Shown: positions 27,053-37,035 of the stretch, in pieces
Layout of the letters: each line of letters opens with the position of its first letter
How positions within the stretch are numbered: the first letter of the stretch is position 1
Assembly: GCA_050946195.1 (NCBI GenBank)
Contig: JBMNUI010000003.1
Coordinates: 1 to 61,228, forward strand
Direction: 5' to 3'
Source: Eubacteriales bacterium
GTDB lineage: Bacteria; Bacillota; Clostridia; Oscillospirales; CAG-272
DNA length: 61,228 nucleotides
Notes under the pieces: model-generated
What the model saw: the letters and a program-made list of their open reading frames with translations, nothing else
What the model was told of the DNA's origin: nothing
Databases searched by the model: none
Position numbers and translations under genes: made by a program

Positions 27053-27694
27053 ATGGTTCTTGATGCAAAACAGACTACCGTAGCATACCGCTGTCCTTAC
27101 TGCGGGGCCGGTATACTGAGCGCTGTAGGTCTGTTTTCTTTATCTGCAGACATAATAAAGCTAAAATGTGACTGCGGGCACAGTGAAATGTCGGTTGCCT
27201 ACTCAAAGGACGGGAAGGTGAGGCTGACAGTGCCCTGCATATTCTGCCCGAGACCCCATAACTTTACAATAAGCTCAACCCTGTTCTTCGGGCGGGATTT
27301 GTTTGCGCTGGCCTGCCCTTACTCTGACATAAACATCAGTTTTACCGGCGACGCCGAACGCATACAGACCGAGCTGGCGCGGTCCGAGCTCGAGCTGCTC
27401 GATATTCTTCGGGCAAACGGCATCAGCAGCTTTGCCTCGCTGCACGGCGAGGAGGAAAAAATCCTCTCCGACCCGCAGATATTCGATATAATAATGTTCG
27501 TGATTCACGACCTTGAGGCCGAAAACAAAATTTTCTGTCGCTGCAAAACAGGAGACGGCGAATATAACGCCGAGGTGCTCGATGATGCAATACGTATAAG
27601 CTGCAAGAAGTGCGGCGCTGTGCGCGATGTGCCGACCGACTCGCTGCTGGGAGCGCACGCCTTCCTCAATTGCGATAGCCTGCACCTTGAATAA
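27053..27694 (+). CDS. Hypothetical Cys-rich (multi zinc-ribbon-like) protein
   Basis: ORF 27029..27694. Cys pairs CPYCG, CDCG, CIFCP, CRCK, CKKCG. No known domain recalled. Confidence 0.6.
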   Translation: MVLDAKQTTVAYRCPYCGAGILSAVGLFSLSADIIKLKCDCGHSEMSVAYSKDGKVRLTVPCIFCPRPHNFTISSTLFFGRDLFALACPYSDINISFTGDAERIQTELARSELELLDILRANGISSFASLHGEEEKILSDPQIFDIIMFVIHDLEAENKIFCRCKTGDGEYNAEVLDDAIRISCKKCGAVRDVPTDSLLGAHAFLNCDSLHLE

Positions 27695-27982
27695 TAACCA
27701 GCGGGAGCCCGGCCGGGCTCCCGAATTTTATGGGGCTCCGTCCCACGCCCCGCTTAAGCCCCTTTTTGACCGCCCGCGCGCTTCCCCGCATCCACTAATT
27801 TCTAATACCTAATAACTACATCTACACAAACCCCCATTGTGCGCCGTGATTTTACAATTTACCCCTTGTAAATATCACATTCTGACTTTTCCCGCATAAT
27901 ATGATACCGAGGAGCAAGCTTCAGCAATCCTCGTGAAAAGATTCGGGCAAGGAGCCACGGCGCCCGGAAGGGAGGTCATGTA

Positions 27983-28075
27983 ATGAACTGCTTATGCAAT
28001 ATTTTTGATGATGAGTGCATTTGGATCATCATCATTGCGCTCCTGATAATTTGCTGCTGCTGTGGTGGCAGATAA
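27983..28075 (+). CDS. Cys-rich hydrophobic micropeptide (30 aa): MNCLCNIFDDECIWIIIIALLIICCCCGGR
   Basis: Too short for the ORF track. SD AAGGGAGGT lies 7 nt before the ATG. A perfect GC hairpin AGAGGGGGCCGG/CCGGCCCCCTCT (28107..28130) lies downstream. Resembles the small clostridial peptides that get annotated as high-cysteine chorion-like. Confidence 0.55.
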   Translation: MNCLCNIFDDECIWIIIIALLIICCCCGGR

Positions 28076-28163
28076 GTATACGTATAAAAGACGGGAGTAA
28101 CAATAAAGAGGGGGCCGGCCGGCCCCCTCTGCTGCGCTATTCCGGAAAATGAATAAAACTCTA

Positions 28164-28192
28164 TTGTGAAAATGCCTGTTTTGTTATATAAT
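28164..28192 (+). promoter_or_regulatory. Sigma-A promoter of lepA
   Basis: TTGTGA, a 17-nt spacer, then TATAAT. Confidence 0.55.
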
Positions 28193-28252
28193 AAATTGAA
28201 ATTGTTCGGGACACCCCCTTGACTAAAACACAGGATACTCAAAGGAGGCCAA

Positions 28253-30073
28253 ATGGATAAGACCGCCCGGCAAAAGCGCATACGGAATTTCTCGATTATA
28301 GCCCATATCGACCACGGAAAGTCGACGCTTGCCGACCGGCTGCTTGAGGCAACCTCGACGGTCTCAAAACGCGAGATAAAGGAACAGCTGCTCGACAGCA
28401 TGGACCTTGAGCGCGAGCGCGGGATCACAATCAAGGCGCACGCCGTGAGGCTCAACTACACCGCGCCCGACGGCGAAGTTTACACCCTGAACCTGATAGA
28501 CACCCCGGGGCATGTCGACTTCAACTACGAGGTGTCGCGCTCGCTCAATGCTTGCGAGGGCGCGCTTCTGATTGTCGACGCCACGCAGGGAATTGAGGCA
28601 CAGACCCTGGCAAACGCCTATCTTGCGGTTGATGCAAATCTTGAAATTGTGCCGGTGATAAACAAAATCGACCTGCCGGCCGCCAACGTCGAGCAGGTCA
28701 GGAATGAAATAGAAGAAATAATCGGCATACCCGCCGCCGACTGCCCGGCAATTTCGGCAAAGCTGGGGGTGGGTATCGATCAGGTGCTCGAGCGGATAGT
28801 CAGGGACATCCCGCCACCCGGCGGAGATGAGGACGCCCCGCTCCGCTGTCTGATTTTCGACTCTTACTACGACAGCTACCTCGGGGTGGTGGTTTACGTC
28901 AGGGTGATGGACGGCCGCGTGCGCCCGGGGGACAGGATAATGATGATGTCAAGCAGGAAAACCTTTGAGGTGATCGACGTCGGGATTATGGAGCCCTTCG
29001 GCCTTGCGCGGCGCGAATGCCTTGCGGCGGGTGATGTCGGGTACATCACGGCGTCAATAAAGAATGTCGGCGACACACGCGTCGGTGACACCGTAACCTC
29101 GGCCGACCGGCCCTGCGCCGAGCCGCTGCCGGGCTTTAAGAAGGTCAATCCGATGGTTTTCGCCGGTATATACCCTGCCGACGGTGCCAGATACGAGGAC
29201 CTGCGCGATGCGCTTGAGAAGCTCAAGCTCAACGATGCCTCGCTGGTCTTTGAGCCCGAGACCTCGGTGGCGCTGGGGTACGGCTTCCGCTGCGGCTTCC
29301 TCGGCCTGCTCCACATGGAAATCATTGAGGAGCGGCTCGAGCGCGAGTTCAATCTCGACCTTATAACCACCGCACCGAGCGTCATCTATGAGGTAGAGTG
29401 CAAAAACAGGGGCAGAGTAAAGATAGACAACCCCACCGACTTCCCCCCGGCAGACGAAATCGAGAAGGCATATGAACCGATTGTCAAGGCCAATATAATC
29501 GCGCCGAGCGAGTATGTCGGCGGGCTTATGGAGCTTTGTCAGGAGCGTCGGGGGGTGTTTATCGACATGAAATACCTCGACCCCACGCGGGTGGAGCTTG
29601 TCTACCGCCTGCCGCTGAGCGAAATTATATTTGATTTTTTCGACGCCCTCAAGAGCCGCTCTCGGGGATATGCCTCGCTCGATTACGAGTTTGACGGCTA
29701 TGCCGAGAGCAACCTGGTCAAGCTCGATTTCCTGATTAACGGCGAGCAGGTCGACGCGCTCACATTTATCGTCCATGCGGACAAGGTCTATTCCATGGCA
29801 CGCAGGATTGCCGAAAAGCTCAAGGAAAACATACCCCGCCAGCTTTTCGAGGTGCCGATACAGGCGGCGGTCGGCAGGCGCATTATCGCGCGCGAGACCG
29901 TCAAGGCGCTGCGCAAGGACGTGCTTGCCAAATGCTACGGCGGTGACATAACCCGAAAGAAAAAGCTGCTCGAAAAGCAGAAGGAAGGCAAAAAGAAGAT
30001 GCGTCAGCTCGGCTCGGTCCAGATTGAGCCCGAGGCTTTCATGGCGGTCTTCAGGCTCAGCGACGAGGATTGA
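28253..30073 (+). CDS. lepA: Translation elongation factor 4 (LepA)
   Basis: G motifs [18 protein letters not shown]. Conserved LepA C-terminal domain. 606 aa. Confidence 0.95.
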   Translation: MDKTARQKRIRNFSIIAHIDHGKSTLADRLLEATSTVSKREIKEQLLDSMDLERERGITIKAHAVRLNYTAPDGEVYTLNLIDTPGHVDFNYEVSRSLNACEGALLIVDATQGIEAQTLANAYLAVDANLEIVPVINKIDLPAANVEQVRNEIEEIIGIPAADCPAISAKLGVGIDQVLERIVRDIPPPGGDEDAPLRCLIFDSYYDSYLGVVVYVRVMDGRVRPGDRIMMMSSRKTFEVIDVGIMEPFGLARRECLAAGDVGYITASIKNVGDTRVGDTVTSADRPCAEPLPGFKKVNPMVFAGIYPADGARYEDLRDALEKLKLNDASLVFEPETSVALGYGFRCGFLGLLHMEIIEERLEREFNLDLITTAPSVIYEVECKNRGRVKIDNPTDFPPADEIEKAYEPIVKANIIAPSEYVGGLMELCQERRGVFIDMKYLDPTRVELVYRLPLSEIIFDFFDALKSRSRGYASLDYEFDGYAESNLVKLDFLINGEQVDALTFIVHADKVYSMARRIAEKLKENIPRQLFEVPIQAAVGRRIIARETVKALRKDVLAKCYGGDITRKKKLLEKQKEGKKKMRQLGSVQIEPEAFMAVFRLSDED

Positions 30074-30164
30074 CCGGACTTGTCAGAACCCACAAAGCCT
30101 TTGTGCAGTTCCTACAAAAGCAATAGGCTTGTCCGACTGACGCCGGGATGAGGTTTTTCATAAA

Positions 30165-31295
30165 ATGAAAAAGAAACTCGGCATATATATACACATACCC
30201 TTCTGCCGGAGCAGGTGCCCCTACTGCGATTTTTACTCCAATGCCGGCTGCCAAAAGGAGGATATCAGCCGGTATGCCGCGGCGGTGGCGGGGCAGCTCA
30301 GGGTATGGAGCCGTATGTGCGGGGAATACACCGTCGACACGGTGTATTTCGGCGGCGGCACGCCGACCCTGCTTGCGCTGCGCGATTTCGGACTGCTTTT
30401 TGACGCGCTGCAGGGCAATTATGATATTGCCCCCGATGCCGAAATATCCTGCGAGTGCAATCCGGCGACGGCCGGCGCTGAGTATCTGCATGAGTTGCGC
30501 GCACTGGGGGTCAACCGGCTGAGCATCGGCGCCCAGAGCCTTGATGACGGCGAGTTGCTCTCTCTCGGCAGAATCCACACCGCGTCGGATTTTTTCAGGA
30601 CCTTTCATGACGCGCGCGACGCGGGGTTTGAGAATATCAGCGCCGATATCATGATGGGAATCCCGAGCCAGAGCACAAAAAGCCTGATTATGACTCTCAA
30701 GCGGCTCTCGGAACTTGGGCCCGAGCATGTCTCGGCCTACTGTCTTAAAATCGAGGAGGGTACGCCCTTCGGAAAGGCGGCCGGCCGGCTGCTGCTGCCC
30801 GGCGAGGACGAGGTTGCCGAAATGTATCTTGGCATAATTCAGTTTTTGGCCGGGTGCGGATTTGTTCAATACGAAATCAGCAATTTTGCGCGGGCCGGGT
30901 ATGAATGCCGGCATAACATAAAATACTGGAGCTGTGACGAGTACCTCGGCTTCGGGGCGTCTGCCCACTCCTGCTTCGGCGGCGAGCGCTTTGCCTGCCC
31001 CGCAAGCCTTGAGCGGTTCTGCCGCGGCGAATATGTGGACGAATCCGGCCGGATAAAGCTGACCGACACCGACCTTGAGACCGAATATGTCATGCTCACC
31101 ATGCGCCGGACAACCGGGCTTGTCGCCGGCGAGTATGCAAGGCGCTTCGGGTCTGACCCCCGTAAAAAATACGACGCAAGGTTCCGTGGGTTCGTACGCC
31201 TCGGGCTTGTTGTTGCCGATGAGTCAGGCTACAGGTTCACCCCGCGAGGGATGCTTGTGAGCAATTCGATTTTGTCAAGCATACTCGACCTCTGA
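30165..31295 (+). CDS. hemW: Radical SAM heme chaperone HemW (HemN-like, oxygen-independent coproporphyrinogen oxidase family)
   Basis: YIHIPFCRSRCPYCDF (CxxxCxxC). Canonical lepA-hemW synteny. Confidence 0.9.
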   Translation: MKKKLGIYIHIPFCRSRCPYCDFYSNAGCQKEDISRYAAAVAGQLRVWSRMCGEYTVDTVYFGGGTPTLLALRDFGLLFDALQGNYDIAPDAEISCECNPATAGAEYLHELRALGVNRLSIGAQSLDDGELLSLGRIHTASDFFRTFHDARDAGFENISADIMMGIPSQSTKSLIMTLKRLSELGPEHVSAYCLKIEEGTPFGKAAGRLLLPGEDEVAEMYLGIIQFLAGCGFVQYEISNFARAGYECRHNIKYWSCDEYLGFGASAHSCFGGERFACPASLERFCRGEYVDESGRIKLTDTDLETEYVMLTMRRTTGLVAGEYARRFGSDPRKKYDARFRGFVRLGLVVADESGYRFTPRGMLVSNSILSSILDL

Positions 31296-31492
31296 CCCCG
31301 CGACAGATTTCGAGCCGGCCCGACATGATTTGCCGCGTGAGCAATACCGGCCGCGATTAATGGACGCTGCTGCTACTGAAAAAGTAAATAATTTCTTTGC
31401 ATTTTCGTATTGACTTTTTATGAGCGATAAGATACAATAAAATCAGAAAAGTGAATCCCGATTAAGGATTTACTGAAAGGACTTTATAATAT

Positions 31493-31801
31493 ATGGAGTT
31501 TGGCGACGAATACTACACGCTGACAGACGAGGAAGGCAACGAGTACAACTTCGAGTTGATCGGGCGCTGCGAGCTTGACGGAAATGTTTATTACGCCTTG
31601 ATTCCGATTGACGATGTGAAAGGCAATGACGAATATGCCGAGTATACCATACTCAAGGAGATAATCGGAGAGGACGGCGAGCCCGAATGGGTGACTATAG
31701 AGGATAACGACGAGTTTGACGATGTCGCCGATTATTTCGACGACCTCTTTTCCCGGGAAATGGACTTTGACAACCCGGACGCCGGTAGTGAGGAAGAATA
31801 A
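31493..31801 (+). CDS. DUF1292 (UPF0473) acidic protein
   Basis: YTLTDEEGNEYNFELIGRCELDGNVYYAL is typical of DUF1292. Confidence 0.8.
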   Translation: MEFGDEYYTLTDEEGNEYNFELIGRCELDGNVYYALIPIDDVKGNDEYAEYTILKEIIGEDGEPEWVTIEDNDEFDDVADYFDDLFSREMDFDNPDAGSEEE

Positions 31802-32044
31802 AGAATAAATCATTAACATATCGTTATTCCTGCGTGGTGCGTGATATCGTGCGTTAAGACCCACAACAGAATAAAGGAGTCCGAAATAAATTCCGAAGGG
31901 TTTGCAGACCTCCCTCCCCTCGCCTCGATTGACTTGTCTCGACACGGGGGGCAGGACGTTGGGAGCAGAAAAACGGAGGATAGGACACCGCCCTTGCAGA
32001 GAGCAGGGTTTCTAAATGCCGGTACACGGCCATGCGGGGTATAT

Positions 32045-32066
32045 AAAAGGGGCTTGCGCCCCTTTT
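32045..32066. terminator. Bidirectional rho-independent terminator
   Basis: AAAAGGGGC-TTGC-GCCCCTTTT, with T-runs on both strands. Confidence 0.8.
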
Positions 32067-32130
32067 ATGTTTTCGTTTTTTGTGGACGCCGCCCCCAATG
32101 AAAAGTCCGGGGCAGAACCCATGAAGCACG

Positions 32131-32976
32131 TTATACATTCCCCACGATAACCGTGTCAAGGTATTCCCCTGCCACCGCGGCAAGGCGGTAGAGGAGCGAG
32201 ACATCGGTCGGGTTGCTGCCGGCCATTTTGCGGCGGGGAAAAAAGCGCGTGATATGCAGGGGTATTTTGCGGTCGACCGACGCCACCCATTCAGAGAGCT
32301 CCCGCATTCCGTCGAGCGAGTCGTTTCCGCCGGGGACAATCAGGGTAGTCAGCTCGACATGCGAGCACTTTGCGGCAGCCCTGATGAAATCAAGCACGAT
32401 GTCGAGGTCCCCGCCAAGCCTCCTATACCATTCGTGCGTGAACCCCTTGAGGTCGATATTGAAGGCGTCGATATAGGGCAGTAGCTGCTCAAGGTACGGC
32501 AGGGTGATTGAGCCGTTGGTGACCACCACGTTTTTCATGCCCCGCCGCCGCACCTCGGCAGCCGTATCTCGCACATATTCCCAGCCCACCAGCGGCTCGT
32601 TGTAGGTGTATGCGACGCCGATATTCCGGTATTTGCGCTGTGCCTCGGCAAGAGAGGCGAGCAGGTCGGGCGGGTAATATTCCCACCCCACCGACTGGTC
32701 GACGGCACAGGAAATTTGGTAGTTCTGACAGAAGGGGCAGTCGAGGTTGCACCCGAAACTGCCCACAGATAAAACATATGTGCCGGGATAAAACCTTGCG
32801 AGCGGCTTTTTTTCTATCGGGTCAAGAGCTATTGAGGTGATTTTGCCGTAATTTATGCAGACACTCGCCCCGCCCTCGTTTCTGCGCGCGCGACAAAACC
32901 CGGTCTGCCCCTCGCGCAGGCGGCAGTGCCTGAAGCACACCTCGCAGGTGATAGTGCCAAGGCTCTCGTCAGACAT
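32131..32976 (-). CDS. AmmeMemoRadiSam system radical SAM enzyme
   Basis: ORF 32131..33021. N-terminal CEVCFRHCRLREGQTGFC and radical SAM motif CNLDCPFCQN. Start placed at the ATG at 32976, giving an ATGTCTGA overlap with the upstream stop. Confidence 0.85.
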   Translation of the reverse strand: MSDESLGTITCEVCFRHCRLREGQTGFCRARRNEGGASVCINYGKITSIALDPIEKKPLARFYPGTYVLSVGSFGCNLDCPFCQNYQISCAVDQSVGWEYYPPDLLASLAEAQRKYRNIGVAYTYNEPLVGWEYVRDTAAEVRRRGMKNVVVTNGSITLPYLEQLLPYIDAFNIDLKGFTHEWYRRLGGDLDIVLDFIRAAAKCSHVELTTLIVPGGNDSLDGMRELSEWVASVDRKIPLHITRFFPRRKMAGSNPTDVSLLYRLAAVAGEYLDTVIVGNV

Positions 32977-34357
32977 GCCGCACAACCTCAAAGCGCTGCA
33001 GGCGGATTTTATCTCGCTCACTGGGGAATATCCCGGCTTTTTTCATTGCAATAGATATCTGCTCCTCGACCGTGTCGACTCCTTCAAGGTCGGGAAGAAG
33101 CAGCCCGCGGCGGTAGCCGCAGGATACTATGACGCCGTAGCGCCTGACGTCAAGCTCGTCGGGCGAGGATATATCTTCGGGCTTACCGAGCACGTCGACG
33201 CTGTATTCGAGCAGCGGGAGTTCGTCCTCGCGCACCGGCAGAAAGCGGGGGTCGCGTAAGCAGGAGCTGATGCCGTTCTGTATGATTTCGTGGGCGATGC
33301 TCGGTGTGGTAGGCTCTGTCGTGCCGATACAACCGCGCAGCCGGCCATAGAGGTGCAGGGTCACAAACACGCCGGCCCGGTTTTTTGTCATCTCCCCGGG
33401 CAGGTCGGCCGGGGGCGATATCTTTTTGCCGGTCTTAACATATGTTTCGACGGTCAGGCGTGCGAGGTGCACATACGGGTCCTCCTTGTCGGCGAGGGGT
33501 CTTTGAGGCCGCAGCGCGTCGAGATACCGGCGTCCGGGGTCGGGGTCGCCCGGCTCAAATGTAGAGATGCCGTAGCCCACGCCGAAGGGCCCCTCGTATG
33601 ACAGCCTTTTGGCTCTGACCGCAACCCCGTCGAAGCAGCCGGCCATCATTGCAAATGAACGGTGGCCGCACTCGCCGGCAGCCTGACAGAAGGATTCGCT
33701 CATTTTGAGCAGGCTGCTAAAATCACCCTCGCCCATAATGTCCATTATCTGTCTGTCGTACTGCGGGCCTTCCTTCCGGTATCCGTACGGCCCGCTGCGG
33801 GTGAGATAATGCGACAGGTCGCCGCTGGCGACAACCGAGGCCCGGCGGCCGAGTTTTTCTGCTGCCTCTTTTATCATCATTCCAAGGCTGTAGTGCTCGG
33901 CAAACGAAAGCCCCGATATGCCAATCCGCACGACCGGCGGGAGCTTTGCGCCGCCATAGGCATTTCCGAGGAAATAAAGCGGCACCAGCGCCCCGTGGTC
34001 AATCTCGGGGCTCCGCTCGCCCTCCGTGCCGGCCGGAAAACTCCTGCTGCGGGCAAGACCGGAAAGCTCGCGTACAAACTCCTCATCGTAGTCAACCGAT
34101 ATCGAGGTGGCATCGCCAAAGGCCGCAAAGCTGCCCCGGCCGCCTGTCCCCGGCGAGATGTGGAACCAGTCAGCGTACATTGCGCTGTGCGGCGAGATAA
34201 TGACAATGGTGTCGGGGCGGGATTTCGCGACAAAGCCGGCGGCCTCATTGTATGCATCTGTGGTCGCCTGAATTTTCTTCTCCTCCCCGCGCCCGATGCC
34301 GGGTATAATTATCGGCGGATGAGGAACCATGATTGCATTAATTATACTCACCAACAA
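32969..34357 (-). CDS. Fusion of a LigB/Memo-type (class III extradiol dioxygenase-like) domain and an AMMECR1 domain
   Basis: N-terminal MVPHPPIIIPG...IVIISPHS...SGDLSHYL (LigB/Memo fold family). C-terminal AGVFVTLHLYGRLRGCIGT...RGLLLPDL (AMMECR1). Start ambiguous (TTG 34357, GTG 34351 or ATG 34330). Confidence 0.85.
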   Translation of the reverse strand: MLVSIINAIMVPHPPIIIPGIGRGEEKKIQATTDAYNEAAGFVAKSRPDTIVIISPHSAMYADWFHISPGTGGRGSFAAFGDATSISVDYDEEFVRELSGLARSRSFPAGTEGERSPEIDHGALVPLYFLGNAYGGAKLPPVVRIGISGLSFAEHYSLGMMIKEAAEKLGRRASVVASGDLSHYLTRSGPYGYRKEGPQYDRQIMDIMGEGDFSSLLKMSESFCQAAGECGHRSFAMMAGCFDGVAVRAKRLSYEGPFGVGYGISTFEPGDPDPGRRYLDALRPQRPLADKEDPYVHLARLTVETYVKTGKKISPPADLPGEMTKNRAGVFVTLHLYGRLRGCIGTTEPTTPSIAHEIIQNGISSCLRDPRFLPVREDELPLLEYSVDVLGKPEDISSPDELDVRRYGVIVSCGYRRGLLLPDLEGVDTVEEQISIAMKKAGIFPSERDKIRLQRFEVVRHV

Positions 34358-34369
34358 TCACCTCTTTAT

Positions 34370-34445
34370 GGGGGCGCTGCCCCCAAACCCCTGCTCAAGG
34401 AACTTTTTTGAAAAAAATTCCGAATCCTCAAAAACTTTTTTCACC
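34370..34445 (-). repeat. Intergenic repeat family, copy E
   Basis: Minus strand reads GGTGAAAAAAGTTTTTGAGGATTCGGAAT-TTTTTTCAAAAAA-GTTCCTTGAGCAGGGGTTTGGGGGCAGCGCCCCC. Confidence 0.75.
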
Positions 34446-34468
34446 GGTTGCCATATTAGGTGTGGCAG

Positions 34469-35314
34469 CTATCTTAGTATCTCGCGTTCAATGATGTCGG
34501 CGACACCGCACTCTTTACAGGTGTATCTGGTCACATTTTTTGCCTTTGACTTCTGCGCGGCTTCGCTGCCGAGCAGCGCATAGCCACATCCGGCGTTCTC
34601 AATCATCAAAAAATCGTTCCACATATCGCCAAAGGCATAGATATCCTCATTCGGTATGCCGTAAAACCTTGCTATCCGCTCAATCGCATACCATTTGTCA
34701 GCTCCGGCCGAGCAGAGGCTCATGCGGATGTGGCTTACATCCTCGGTTGCCGGCATGAAATCCCATGAGGCGGCTATCACCTCGTCCGGTCCGGCAGCCG
34801 TAGCTACGGCCTCAATCGCCCGCACCGCCTCATTGTCGGGAGGCATTATGATTATTCTTGAGGCCGGCGTATCGGGGATATTGCTCTTGTCGAAAATTGT
34901 CGCCGGCTCTGAGGTCCTTATCCTCTCCCTGTAATATTTCCCGTGATGCCCCTCGGTATACCACAGGGCATTTTTATGTTCGACATACATGGGTATGTGG
35001 CACCTGTACTCGAAGGCGGCTTCGATTATGCGCCTTGTCATCTTGGGGCTGATGCTGCATTCCGAGGGGGCGAAGGTCTCGTCATACGGGTGGAACACAT
35101 GGGCGCCGTTGAGGGCGCAGACCGGGGAATCAAGTCCCATTGCCTCATAAACCCACCGCATCATGTTGAAATGCCTTGCCGAGGCTATCACCGGGATATG
35201 CCCCTGCTCGCGCGCCATGCGAAAGGCCTTAACGGTCCGCTCGTCAATTTCGTCAACCTTGGGCAGCACGGTGCAGTCAAGGTCGAAGGCTATAAGATAT
35301 CTTTTTTGTTGCAC
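34469..35314 (-). CDS. Cof-type HAD-IIB family hydrolase
   Basis: ORF 34469..35449. Motifs IAFDLDCT and FGDMWND. Preferred start is the GTG at 35314, 8 nt after AAAGAGG. An alternative ATG at 35365 forms a TAATG overlap with the upstream stop. Confidence 0.8.
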   Translation of the reverse strand: MQQKRYLIAFDLDCTVLPKVDEIDERTVKAFRMAREQGHIPVIASARHFNMMRWVYEAMGLDSPVCALNGAHVFHPYDETFAPSECSISPKMTRRIIEAAFEYRCHIPMYVEHKNALWYTEGHHGKYYRERIRTSEPATIFDKSNIPDTPASRIIIMPPDNEAVRAIEAVATAAGPDEVIAASWDFMPATEDVSHIRMSLCSAGADKWYAIERIARFYGIPNEDIYAFGDMWNDFLMIENAGCGYALLGSEAAQKSKAKNVTRYTCKECGVADIIEREILR

Positions 35315-35364
35315 GAAAGCAGCCTCTTTTTCCTGATGGTTGTTCACTCTTCCACCCGGGCGCA

Positions 35365-36624
35365 TTATATTATTGCTCCTGGGGATATCAGGGTTTCCCG
35401 CAGCTCGGTAATGTTTATCTTGCCGACCGGGAGGTTGTTTTTGGAGCATATGGCCGTCGCCGTGCCCGCGGCCTGCCCGAGAGCCATGCAGGTAGCCTGA
35501 ACCCGGATCGAGGCGATTGCCTCTCTCGTCGCCGAAATCGTCCTCCCCGCGACCAGAAGGTTCTCAGAGCCCTTCGGTATTAGCGTACGGTACGGGATAT
35601 TGTAGCCCTCGTCCACCCTCCTTAAGTCCTGTTCCCGGCTGTCGGGCTTGTGTATGTCAATCGGGTGCCCGCCCTTGGCAATCGTGTCGGGAAAGTCCTT
35701 CGGGCTGAGTATGTCGTCGGCGGTCATTTCATACAGCCCGTCAATCCTGCGCGTCTCGCGTATACCCACCTGGGTGCCGGTATCGATTATATAGCAGTTT
35801 CTGAACTCCTCGAAATTCTCCCGAAGAAGCGCAACCAGCCTGAATACATCCTCGCGCAGCCGGCACTCGGCCTCGGTAAGGCTGAGCACGTCGGTCCCGT
35901 CGCCGGCAAAGCGCGACATATTGACCGAGGCCTCCCCCCGCCGCAGGGTTGTAAGCATCCAAGGGCCGCCGAACTTCGGCACCTCCCCGCCCAGCGAGAG
36001 AAGCTTCTCGCGAATGCGCGTGTTGACATGCCGCCTGCCGCTCTCGCGCATCTCCATGTTCTCAAGCCGGTCGGTATCCACCCCGCCGAGCCTGAACCAA
36101 AGCGTCATGGGCTGCAGCTCTTTGCGCTCGTCGCCTATTCTGAAGGGGAAGCCCGCATACTTCACCAGATCGGCGTCGCCGGTGCAGTCGATAAAATACC
36201 CTGCCTCAAGTGTCTGGCGCCCGCTTTTGTTCTCAAGCGTAATGCTTGTTACCCTGCCGCCTTCCCTTTTGCAGCCGGTTATATATGAATGGAGCAGCAG
36301 CGTCGCCCCCGAGCCGAGGACCATCCTCTGGGCAACGAGCTTATAAATCTCGGGGTCAAAGTGGATATTTCCGCTGGGAAAGCTGGTGTCGGCACCCCCC
36401 AGCCTCTCCATTTCTTCGGCAAATTCAAGCGGTATGCCGGCAATAATCCTTTTGCCCTTCTTGTTAAAGACGCTGATAGGGCTGACCAGAGAGAGGGTGG
36501 CCATTCCCCCGAGAAAGCCGTATTTCTCAATCAGTATGGTTTTGGCCCCGTTTCGTGCCGCGGCCACCGCCGCAATTATTCCGGCCGGTCCTCCGCCGCA
36601 GACCGCAACATCATATTTCGCCAC
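35365..36624 (-). CDS. FAD-dependent oxidoreductase (FAD_oxidored family)
   Basis: YDVAVCGGGPAGIIAAVAAARNG dinucleotide-binding motif. 419 aa. Confidence 0.82.
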   Translation of the reverse strand: MAKYDVAVCGGGPAGIIAAVAAARNGAKTILIEKYGFLGGMATLSLVSPISVFNKKGKRIIAGIPLEFAEEMERLGGADTSFPSGNIHFDPEIYKLVAQRMVLGSGATLLLHSYITGCKREGGRVTSITLENKSGRQTLEAGYFIDCTGDADLVKYAGFPFRIGDERKELQPMTLWFRLGGVDTDRLENMEMRESGRRHVNTRIREKLLSLGGEVPKFGGPWMLTTLRRGEASVNMSRFAGDGTDVLSLTEAECRLREDVFRLVALLRENFEEFRNCYIIDTGTQVGIRETRRIDGLYEMTADDILSPKDFPDTIAKGGHPIDIHKPDSREQDLRRVDEGYNIPYRTLIPKGSENLLVAGRTISATREAIASIRVQATCMALGQAAGTATAICSKNNLPVGKINITELRETLISPGAII

Positions 36625-36795
36625 AACAATACCTCCAAAAAGTAATCTGATTATAATCTATATGAAAAATTGCCAATTGTCAATATGATTCGATGATATA
36701 ATCCTGGCGCCTGCTTGCCCCCAAGTCATTTCCGGGCAATTCCGCCCTTGCAAATAAAAAACGCCGGGCGACGCAGAGTCTCCCGAACGCTTTTA

Positions 36796-37035
36796 TTATG
36801 CTACAACCAGATACGCAAACACCACAAGCAGCGTGAAAATTATCGCAATCGGCGGGGTTATCCTTGCGAGCAGCTTGTCTTTTGTGCCGGTCCTTTGCTT
36901 TGAGAAAAACGTCTCGGCCCCGCCGGTTATTGTGCCAATCTTTTTTTCCTTGCCGGTCTGCAGCAGAACCAGAATCATAATTACCACGCTCAAGACAAGA
37001 ATAATTATGCCTACAACAAGTTCAAGTGTTTCCAT
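36796..37035 (-). CDS. secG: Preprotein translocase subunit SecG
   Basis: 79 aa, two TM helices separated by the Gly-rich GKEKKIGTITGGAETFF loop. Confidence 0.85.
   Translation of the reverse strand: METLELVVGIIILVLSVVIMILVLLQTGKEKKIGTITGGAETFFSKQRTGTKDKLLARITPPIAIIFTLLVVFAYLVVA

Noticed and set aside
32095-32125. GAAAAGTCCGGGGC resembling the RNase P RNA P4 motif GGAAAGTCCGGGC.
   Set aside because: It is an isolated 13-nt match squeezed between a terminator and the stop of the radical SAM gene. There is no room for the ~350-400-nt RNase P structure and no other conserved regions.
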